Source: Eledone cirrhosa
Lineage: Eukaryota
Direction of reading: 5' to 3'
DNA length: 64,000 nucleotides
Assembly: GCA_964016885.1 (NCBI GenBank)
Contig: OZ024740.1
Span: 201,190,001-201,254,000, forward strand
Shown one piece after another: positions 15,338 to 26,117 of the stretch (positions are counted from its first letter, which is position 1; every line of letters starts with the position of its first letter). The notes under the pieces are model-generated. The model had not been told where the DNA came from, ran no database searches, and was given only the letters and a program-made list of their open reading frames with translations. The position numbers and the translations under genes were made by a program.

Positions 15338-16318
15338 GAGGGCGAGAAAAGAGAGGGAGGGAGAGAAGTATCGAGAAGCAATCTATCTATCTGTTTACCC
15401 GTCTATAACATGCCCTTGTTTTTACATAACACATCGTACTATACCTTGGACAATATGGACGCTGAAGAAAAAGCTTTTCAAGTTCTTTTGGTGTAACAAA
15501 ATTCTCAGTAATGGTTCAGTGATTCCAATATTTATGTGAACGTAATCAACCGCAGGTTTCTGATTCATCACACACAAAACAGAAACTTCATCTTATAATT
15601 GGAGATTTGCAAAAATATATACAAATAATGAGGATACGAGAAGCAGGCAGTATCTTTCGCTTGGTCGACGAACAACGTAAGAAATATTCCTATAATTGAA
15701 ATCAACCATTTTCTAAACAATAAAGAATGTTTCTAGAAGTATGAATGAATGAATGGATGAATGGATGGCTGGATGAATGAATGGTATTCTGTGGTGTATT
15801 TTGTGAATAAGAAATGCACCTGTTTGTACATTTGTACATGAACGCGCACACACACACACACATACACACATACTCACACACACTCACACACACTCACACA
15901 CACTCACACACACACATGCATATGCATTTATATGCATATATGAGTTATTTGTGGATCGTGAATGGTGTAAACAGTGTCAGATAAAGGTCTCGACAGGGAT
16001 CGAAACTCGAGTCAGTCAGGTCATCGTTTTCAATATATGGAGAAATACTATATAAGACATGTTTAAATGGTTAAACATATCAAAATGTGTGTTTATTTTC
16101 ACGTCTCGCAGCTTCGATTAAAGCCTGTAGTGTTTATATAAATACAAATCTTAGCAAATTCAACAGCTTAGTGCAAGATTTATTCTCTCTCTCTCTCTCA
16201 CTCTCTCACTCTCTCTCTCTCTCTCCCTCTCTCTCGCTCTCTCTCTCTCTCTCCCACTATCCCTTTCTCTCTCTCCCTTTCTCTCTCTCTTCCACTATCC
16301 TCCCATCTCTCTCTCTCC

Positions 16319-16378
<60 letters not shown>

Positions 16379-16379
<1 letters not shown>

Positions 16380-16894
16380 TATCAATAATATTAATAAATG
16401 GAAACTATCTTTATAAAACCATATTTATTTTATTATATATATTTCAAGAGTAACAACATTTTTGGTACGCCTTCATCAGATAAAATACAAAAGTTGTTTT
16501 ACAGATAGTGACATATTCAAACAGAACTCAAAACGCTAAGTTCTAGTTTTGAATATGTCACTATCTGTAAAACAACTTTTGTATTTTATCTGATGAAGGC
16601 GTACCAAAAATGTTGTTACTCTTGAAATATATATAATTGTTTCTACTTTAGGCACAAGGCCAGCAAATACCCAGTGCATTACTGGTACTCTATTTTATCG
16701 ACCCCGTAAGGATGAAAGGCAAAGTCAACCTCGGCGGGATTTGAACTCAGATTGTAAAGGGACGTAACTATGCTGGAAAGCATGGCGTCCGACCCTCTAC
16801 CGATACTGCCAATCCACCACCCTTCTTGAAATATATATAATAAAATAAATATAGTTTTATAAAGATAGTTTCCATTTATTAATATTATTGATAT
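16379..16894. repeat. Palindrome (about 150-bp arms, centre near 16529-16538) with a SINE1 in the right arm; another copy of the distal arm at 1-70
   Basis: Arms are reverse complements once 16638-16841 is removed; contains CTGATGA-A-GG-CGTA-CC-AAAA. Confidence 0.92.
16638..16823 (-). mobile_element. SINE family 1, full length with 18-bp TSD
   Basis: TCTTGAAATATATATAAT at 16620-16637 and 16824-16841. Confidence 0.95.
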
Positions 16895-17110
16895 TATAAT
16901 CCAGAAGAAACTTGTAGAGTGCTTCTAATCTGTTATAAACTAAATTTGCTGAATAACCAACAAATTAAATAACTCATTGCTTATATAAATATATAGATAT
17001 AGATATAGATATATAGATCATATATATACATCATATGTATATACATATAGATCATATATATATACATCATATATATACATATATATATATACATATATAT
17101 ATATTATTAC

Positions 17111-17143
<33 letters not shown>

Positions 17144-17294
17144 TATATACACACATACATATATATATATATTTATATAATATATATATATATATGTGTG
17201 TGTGCGTGTGTGCGTGTGTGTGTCGGATGGTAGCTAAGATGCTTCCGTAGGCGGTATGCCGGTTGAGCACTCTATGCTCTTACAGAGTATGATG

Positions 17295-17643
17295 TAATAT
17301 AAAACGAAAAATCAGTGATGCATCTGAACTCAATTTATTGTGTGTTACAATTGTTTCGCCGGAGGACAGCTCGAGACGCGATCATTGTCTGGATCTGTCT
17401 GATTCTGGACCCGCCGGTTCGACGGACACGTCTAATGATTTCGGAGCATATTCTTCCATTGGGGTATCTCACCCTGTGGGCCAGTACTGACAAAAACTTC
17501 ATCCTCTTCGCGCGTCCAGTGATTGGCCGCTGGTTGCCTACGTCATCATACATACTGACCACAGGTATTATTCCGCTGTCCCATGTCTGCTACACTTCAA
17601 TGAATCACTGCTGTGTTTGGTAGTCCACACATCCACGCGCGCA

Positions 17644-17732
<89 letters not shown>

Positions 17733-18041
17733 GCACCACCACATAGATACCGACAGGCTCCCGCTATACCCACACATTAAGGAGAACATATAAACATATA
17801 AACATACGCATACATTCATCCAAAGAGACACGTATATACATAGACACATGCCCACAGGCCTATATAGATAAACACGCACACACACACATGCTCATACACA
17901 TGCATACGTGTATGTATACACGTACACACAAACACGTACAGACATGTACGTAGAACTCCCCCCCCCCCTCCAACGCACACACACATATATATACACACGT
18001 ACCCATATATACACGCACAGATACACACTCGCTCGTAAACA

Positions 18042-18083
<42 letters not shown>

Positions 18084-18527
18084 AACACGTACAGACATGT
18101 ACGTAGAATCCCCCCCCTCCACCAACGCACACACACACATATATATATATATACACACATACCCAGCATAGTTACGTCCCTTTACGATCTGAGTTCAAAT
18201 CCCGCCGAGGTTGACTTTGCCTTTCATCCTTACGGGATCGATAAAATAAAGTACCAGTAATGTACTGGGTATGTGCTGGCCTTGTGCTTAAAGTAGAAAC
18301 AGTTATATGTATATTCTTTATATTGGTAATATTTTTAATATATATTATATTTTATATTTTTTTTATATATATGTAGATGCGTATATGTATGTATATGTGT
18401 ATATATATATGTGTATGTATATATTTTTGATATGTGTATATGTTTATAACAAGATGCATCCTTTCATGTACGACCCATTGTGTATCTTTGTATGACTTTG
18501 TGTGTATATTCTGTTTATGTGTGTATA

Positions 18528-18565
<38 letters not shown>

Positions 18566-18798
18566 TTATTTTTTTATATTTTTTTTATGCGTGCGTGCGT
18601 GTGTATGGCAATATGCGCATGTTTGTAGGAGTGTATATGGGCCGTGTGTGTGTGTGTGTGTGTGTGTGTACAAGCACCCCTGTAGGGAAAGGGCTTGTTT
18701 GTGTGTGTATATATATATATATATGCGTGTTTACAAGCGAGTGTGTATCTGTGCGTGTATATATGGGTACGTGTGTATATATGTGTGTGTGCGTGGGT

Positions 18799-18833
<35 letters not shown>

Positions 18834-19053
18834 CTACTTACATGTCTGTACGTGTTTGTGTGTACGTGTATACATACGCGTATGCATGTGTATGAGCATG
18901 TGTGTGTGCGTGTTTATCTATATAGGCCTGTGGGCATGTGTCTATGTATATACGTGTCTCTTTGGATGAATGTATGCGTATGTTTATATGTTTATATGTT
19001 CTCCTTAATGTGTGGGTATAGCGGGAGCCTGTCGGTATCTATGTGGTGGTGGT

Positions 19054-19097
<44 letters not shown>

Positions 19098-19450
19098 TGT
19101 GAGTGCGCGCGTGGATGTGTGGACTACCAAACACAGCAGTAATTCATTGAAGTGTAGCAGACATGCGACAGCGGAATAATACCTGTGGTCAGTATTTATG
19201 ATGACGTAGGCAACCAGCGGCCAATCACTGGACGCGCGAAGAGGATGAAGTTTATGACAGTACTGGCCCACAGGGTGAGATACCCCAATGGAAGAATATG
19301 CTCCGAAATCATTAGACGTGTCCGTCGAACCGGCGGGTCCAGAATCAGACAGATCCACACAATGATCGCGTCTCGAGCTGTCCTCCGGCGAAACAATTGT
19401 AACACACAATAAATTGAGTTCAGATGCATCACTGATTTTTCGTTTTATAT

Positions 19451-19452
<2 letters not shown>
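17295..19452. repeat. Long inverted repeat (arms about 17295-18087 and 18696-19452) with GC-rich distal halves; 5'-truncated SINE1 (18165-18305, +) in the spacer
   Basis: 17335-17640 is the reverse complement of 19100-19415; distal ends carry GAAACAATTGTA..AATAAA. Confidence 0.93.
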
Positions 19453-19503
<51 letters not shown>

Positions 19504-19510
<7 letters not shown>

Positions 19511-20260
19511 AAAAAGAGATGAAATCGAAAATGCAACTGGAGGCTTATTTTTTTTTTAAATATATATATTTATTTGGTTCCTTTACCGGTTTCGCAGTTC
19601 TTCTGCTTTTCAAACGGTGAGTTGAGATGGAGGGTCTGTGGTTTTTCTCACATCTGGTTGGTCTCTGAATGTTACTTGTTTTATATGGAAAAAGTGGCTT
19701 GAAATGCCAGGTTTTTCGAGAAGTAATTTGATTGGTTTGTCAATAATTATAATAAATTTCGCGTTACAATAGTTCTTCAAATAAGAGGGGGGAGCTGTCA
19801 CAGGTTGTTTTTTCATATATGAGTGTTTGAATTTCTTTTTACTTGAAAAAAGGGGCTCACGAAGGCCAACCAAAAAAAAACCTTCGTGAGCCCCTTTTTT
19901 CAAGTAAAAAGAAATTCAAACACTCATATATAAAAAAACAACCTGTGACAACCCCCCCCCCCCTCCCTCTTATTTGAAGAACTATTGTAACGCGAACTGG
20001 CGCGAAATTTATTATAATTATTGACAAATCAATCAAATTACTTCTCGAAAAACCTGGCATTTCGAGCCACTTTTTCCATATAAAACAAGTAACATTCAGA
20101 GACCAACCAGATGTGAGAAAAACCACAGACCCTCCATCTCAACTCACCTTTTGAAAAGCAGAAGAACTGCGAAACCGGTAAAGGAACCAAATAAATATAT
20201 ATATATTTTTTAAAAATAAGACTCCAGTTGCATTTTCTATTTCATCTCTTTTTCTTTATA
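19504..20260. repeat. Palindrome (about 360-bp arms, 15-nt centre 19866-19880) with a hammerhead in each arm
   Basis: Arms are reverse complements with few differences; the right arm continues to about 20305. Confidence 0.96.
20147..20184 (+). ncRNA. Minimal type I hammerhead, U3-A8 core variant (mirror copy 19580-19617 on -)
   Basis: CCTT-TTGAAAA-GCAG-AAGAA-CTGC-GAAAC-CG-GTA-AAGG; palindromic ACCGGT stem III; AATAAA at 20190-20195. Confidence 0.8.
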
Positions 20261-20327
20261 CTTTCACTCGTGTAGGACACCTCGGTTGTTTTTCATTTTG
20301 TAAAAAAAAACCTCACTTTCTAATATA

Positions 20328-20400
<73 letters not shown>

Positions 20401-20409
20401 CGGCGATGA

Positions 20410-21120
20410 ATTAGAATTAGAATTAGAATTAGAATTAGAATAATATCTAAACATAGGAATGACCCAGCAGATAGGCAAATCAGAGAGGCCAGTGAAATAG
20501 AAATTAGAAGACCAAAGCTAAACAGAAAGAATGAGTGGAACAACAACAACACCCAAACAAACAACACTGACCTAAGAGAAGTATAAATAAGTAAATAAAA
20601 TTAAATAAAATAAGATAAATAAATACATACACAAGCACAATAACAACAAGCACATAAACACACACTAGTCACCCAGCAGACACAACACTATACACACTAG
20701 TCACAGATCACACATAACACTATACACACACGCAAACGCATGCGCAAAGAAGACAAAATAAAATAAGATAAACAAACAAGCAAATAAATAAATAAATATA
20801 TAGACAGACTGAATAAAAAATGGCGTAGACATACAACACAACAGGAGGAACAATGAATATAACACCACTGACGATGTTGCAGATGTGCAACGAAAGATTT
20901 ATGTAAATTATGTAAACTATATATATATATATGTGTTTGTGTCTATATTGTATCTGTATTATTTTTGACCGCCGGTCAGTCAATGGCAACATTGAGGACC
21001 GATTAAGTTAGATCGCAGATATAAAAGACAGCGAGAAGCGAAAACCAACCAAACAGTGAGTGTGTTCTGTTATTAATTCTGGCAATATTACGCAAATATG
21101 ACCCTCCCCAAGTATAACTA
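20410..21120 (+). mobile_element. 5'-truncated PLE family C: GIY-YIG C-terminus (20410-20586), 3'UTR, pLTR with hammerhead motif at 20864-20904
   Basis: Own translation IRIISKHRNDPADRQIREASEIEIRRPKLNRKNEW resembles PLE endonuclease ends; CTGACGA-T-GTTGCA-GATG-TGCAAC-GAAA. Confidence 0.78.
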
Positions 21121-21139
21121 TATATATATATGTATTTAT

Positions 21140-21458
21140 ATATACACAGTTCAAGAGTAAACCAATCTTAAAGGGAGAGATGGATATAGGCGAGAAGAAG
21201 AGAGATTGGTGAATTTGTTAGAAGCCAAAAGCGTAAAGGCATGTGCTCAATGTGCAGTAAGCAGTGGAAGGCAGCTAGGTGGCTGGGTTCATGCAGAGGT
21301 TAGATGCACAGAGCTGGAAATATTCATTAGTTAAGCAAACACAAGACCAAAAATTTCATAAGGAAGACGTTATTTAAAGAAAGTCAACATAGTTTCAGTA
21401 TATGTGAGGAATAAGGAGTGTAATTATAATTTAATGTAAGGAATAATAATAATAATAA
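21140..21458 (-). mobile_element. PLE-A-related pLTR, left part; resumes at 39997-40180 after the nested LINE array
   Basis: Homologous to 3128-3420; continuity shown by the inverted copy at 40186-40778. Confidence 0.88.
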
Positions 21459-21482
21459 TTTAATAATAATAATAATAATAAT

Positions 21483-24400
21483 GATTTCATTTATTAGCCA
21501 CAAGGGCCGACATGTAGGGGACAATACAAAGACAGGGACAGTGGGGGTTTACAATAAGGTCGAGTAAAAGTGCACAATGGCAAGACTAATTTAACAATGA
21601 AAATATAAAAATATAAAATAAATTATGCATAAATATAACAAAATAAATTCCCCGATAGGGGGTGGACGAACCTGGGGTGATTCGGGTACCCCACCAATCC
21701 TGAACCACCCTGCGCTTCTAGGGCACCCAGGGAGAGCACCCCTCTCCTCAAGTTAGCCAGCCTATAGGCGCATGGTCAGAGTAGGCCCATTCACACGAGC
21801 CATTCTCGCCACATTCACCCACCTTTTAGCAAATGTACTGGTGGGGGGGAGCATTTCTCTCTCCACCCTCACCCTCCTTTCCAGGTGAAACTTGAAGAAG
21901 TTGATGAGGGATTGGCTGAAGAGAAAAATGTTTGTCTTTAGTCCTTTCAACCTGGTCCACCATATAATCTCTTTCGCAACTGCCACCAGACAGAGGAAAA
22001 TGTCCTGCTCTTCCTGACCTAAAGAAGGTGGCGGCTCGATCTTCACTCTTAACTCGGCCGATAGCCGGATTCGTTCCACACGCGACAGTAGCTGTTCGAC
22101 ATAACTCCACAAGTCAGTAATGCACGGACATTGGACAAGTGCGTGCAAAACAGTTTCGTCGTTCTGTGTGCATCTTGGGCAGGTCCGTCTGACAGCACTT
22201 CCGTGCCTGTAGAGTTTATCCCGAACCGGCAGTACCTCCCGGTAGCACTGCCAAGCGAGAGATTTCTGGAAATTGTCCATCGTCCCCGGCTCAAAAGCCC
22301 TCCGGTACAGACTGGTCAGTTCGACTTCGTCGAGGCCCAAAGCTTCTCCGAGTGCGTCATCGCACTTGCCCACCACTAATCCTCTATAGAACTCGAGAGT
22401 GGAAGTTCCACTGATCGCATTGCCCGCTTGGTAGAGGGCAGTGAGTGCCTGGCAACATTCCAGGTGCCAGTCACCCAGTCTCGGTCTCTTCTTGACCCAG
22501 GACTGCAGCTCAGTCAAAGAAATGAGCTGCGGAAAGGCCCGTCTGATAAACGGCGACCACACCTGTTCACCATTGAGGCAGAATATCTGGAGATGTCGCA
22601 GCCTCAACGCATGTCTGCGCATCATTAGCCACGGCACGCCCAGCCCTCCGCGTAGATGGTGCTGGCAGCAGATGGACCGCCTCACCAACGGAACTTGTCC
22701 CCTCCACAAGAATTTGAAGAGGAGCCGTTCCAACTTGACGAGGCGCGGACGGGGGCAAGGCACGACGGTTAGGCGGTAGTAGATGACGGACGCGATGTAC
22801 GCATTCGCCACCTCCGCGCGACCTTTCAGTGATAGCTTCCTCCCAGCCCATTTTTGGGTGAGACTGGCTACTCTGCTCGTTACCTCGTCCCAATTCTTTT
22901 CCACCTGGAGGTCTGGTCCGAACCAAACCCCGAGCAACTTTACCGGTCCGTCCGTCCAGCGCCCCACGGCGCTGTTGGACGGCATGGGCTTGCCTCTCCA
23001 GGTTCCGAGCTGCAAGCCCACCGACTTTTCGGGGTTAAGTTTGGCTCCTGTCAACCTTTCATATTCCTTCAGTAAGGTGCCGACCACCTCGATTTCTGAG
23101 GTGTTCGACACCATCACGGTGATATCGTCCGCATAAGCCGACACCGCCTTTCCACGTCCCGGTTCGAGCGTACAGAAGGGAAGAGAGAGGGAACCCTTGA
23201 CGGACCGATCGGGAGAGCCGAAATGGTTCCGAAAGGTGGCCATTAACCTTGACCACCGAGCGTGTGCCGCTGTGCATTGCAACGATCCAGCTTCTAAAGA
23301 CAGGGCCGAAGCCAGCTGCTTTGAGGACAAACTTCAGATACCGATGGTCGACCCTATCGAATGCTTTCGATTGATCTAAATTGATCAGTGCCCCACCGAA
23401 GCCAGGTTTACACCCTACCCTCTCTATGATGTATCGCATGAGGTGGAGATTGTCGTGTATGGACCTGGCTGGGATTGCGCAAGTTTGCGCCTCCCCAACC
23501 AAATCCTCGACGACAAGCGCCAATCTCTTTGCTAACACCTTGGCCAAAATCTTAAACTCTGTGTTGAGCAGAGTTATGGGCCTGAAGTTGTCTAATGTAT
23601 CCCTCTTGTTCTCGTCTTTCCTTATCAGCGTCACCACTCCCCTGCTCACAGAACTGGGAATACTGCCATTCTGCTGCCAGTTGCAGTAGAGGGCTTCGAG
23701 GAGTTCGGAGAACAAGTCTGGCATATTTACGTAAAGCTCGTAGGGCAGGCCATCCAAACCGGGTGACTTGCGCCTCATGCAGCCGACAAGAGTGTCATGA
23801 ATTTCGGCTGAAGTAATCGGCCTTTCGCAGCGCTCAGCGTCGACCGTCGAAATGCGCGGCAAGCCGTCAAGGTAGGGACTGAAATCCGCTACTCTCTCTG
23901 ACTCGCCAATCTCCCTGAACAACCGAGCAAAGTGCTGGCGAAAGGCCTCACACATCCGCTTGGAATCGCTTATCTCGTGTCCGTCTCGGTCCGCCAAAGA
24001 CCGAATTGTGGTTTTATTACCACACTGCGCCTCCGCCACGCGGGCCCATCGAACAGCTTTAGTTCCCTCGTTTCTCAGCGCACGCGCCTTAGCTCTGGCA
24101 ATGCAACCTTCGTGTTTGGCGTTGAAGAAATGGTCTAATGCCATTCTCGCCGCTAGCACGTCAGTTGCAATGCCACTACAAATAGCCTCGTCTAACTTAT
24201 CTACCAGCTCCCCCTCCTTTCTATTTTTCTCTAACGCTAGTTCTTTGCTGAACTCTATCGAAGTTACTCTAATCTCCCTTTTGAGAGCCCCCCACCATCT
24301 GTTGTTGATGATCCCCCGTCAACTTTTGCTTAACTAAATTGTTGACTCGGTCCCTGTAAGCCTTACGTGCCGGCAATGACATGTTCAGCTTCCAGTAACC

Positions 24401-26070
24401 CGGTCCTAACCTACGCGTTTTATTTAGGTCGACCGTACAGATCACAAATTTGTGATCTGAATAGGCGAGCGTTTTAAAAAGTGGACAGCCCACACTATTT
24501 CTATCTATTTTCCTAATGAAGATCCTGTCTATATACGATCTAGATGACCCCATTCGGTTGGTCCATGTCCATACTGGCACATTGGGGAAATCTAGTCGAT
24601 ACCTGTCAGACAGTTGGAACTGGCTGAGTAGGTGCTTGAGGCTTTTGCACCCCCCGCTCCTATCGGCTACTCCCACACAATCCCAGCGTGCGTCTAAGAT
24701 GCCATTCCAGTCCCCCGCTAACAGTAAAGGGCGAGACGTACCCAGAAAGGTCTCCAGGCGCCTAAAGAAGTCAGGTCGTCCGGCCCCTGTAGGGGCGTAG
24801 ACGGCCAGCAGTCTAAAGGTACCACCTTCGCTACTGCTCACATCCAAGACCACCAACTTACCGTCCGGGTCCCGGAAGATCGACCTTACCTCGAGATCCA
24901 GTCCTTTCCTAAACAGCACTGCCACCCCACCCCCCATTCCCGGCCTGCTAACAGATGCGAAGATCTGATAGTCGTCGAAAATGGGCGCTAGTGCGCGCGT
25001 GTCGGAAATTCTGGTCTCGCTTACGGCAATCACATCCATTTCCAGCGACCGGAGGTCGTTGAGCAGGCGACCCTGCTTCCATATGTTCATTCCTGGTGGG
25101 ATGCTGGGAATGCGTACCTTCACTGTCCTTTTACCCATATAGGACGGATGCATGATAATGCGTTCCGTTCTGCAGGGGGTCACCGAGTGCTTAATAGCGA
25201 GGGCCTCGGTTTTGAACAGTACCGAGATGGTACCGAACTGTTTGCCTCTTGCTTTATACTCAATGTTACTTCCGATGTACTCCAAAGCAGCCTCTACCTC
25301 TGCTTGGCTCGCAAGTTCCACTTTTCGTGTCAGCACCGAAATACATCGAAAGAGCACCGTCCTCCTTTGCATGGCCGCTATTGCCTCGTCCGGGATGGTC
25401 AGGTTTGCCCAGGACTTCTCCCGTTTAATTAGCCTCCACGCTTTGGCCAACTGTTCGTCTTTATCGCTAATATCAATATCAATATTCAATAAGCGCTTTG
25501 TTTTTGCTGCTGCTGCAGCAAATGTGGTGTTTCTGATGCTCTTATTGTTGGTGTTGTCATACTTGCTGTTGCCACCGCCATCCTTGTTTACATTGAAGCT
25601 GTCGGTGTTATTGTCGTTATTGCTCTGAGTTGTTGTTGCGGTGGTGGTGGTGGTGGTGGCGGTGGTGGTGATGTCGTTTTCTGATGATACTGCTGCTATC
25701 ACAGAAGGTTGAGTTTTGCCTTCACATTCAGTAGAGTGGATGACAGGCATGACTGTAGCCGTCGTAGTCGTGGTGAAATCTGCAGTGGCTGCCGTTAAAC
25801 TTTTGACCTGAACGTTGTTTACCGTTTCAAGGTCGAAAATTTCCATAATTTCCTTTTGGTGGGGAAGCGATTTTTTTCGAAGTTTTTAAAAATAAATCTG
25901 AATATTCGTGCTTAAAGCCCGAATATTGAGAGGTATCCCTCTCTTTAAATCAAGATGTGTACCTTAAGTTTCGTTAATGACAAGAAAATACAAAAAAAAG
26001 ACACTTTAAAACAGCCTAAAGCTACGAACCTTTTCCGCCGCAGACTTGTCTGTCTTCACACATGTGCGGC
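21483..26070 (-). mobile_element. Tx1-clade LINE #1, internally deleted (ORF1 N-half fused in frame to APE; RT frameshifted)
   Basis: APE motifs VSETR, GGGVAVL, VYAP, GDWN, YIDR, SDH; RT KSPGLDG, FRPITLLN, LDQSKAFDRV, VRQG, YADD; C-terminal CPRC..H...C; (TAA)n at both ends. Confidence 0.95.
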
Positions 26071-26073
26071 AAA

Positions 26074-26115
<42 letters not shown>

Positions 26116-26117
<2 letters not shown>

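Noticed and set aside
17335-17562. 75-aa Arg-rich ORF present in both arms of the inverted repeat
   Set aside because: Non-ATG start; conservation is explained by recent duplication
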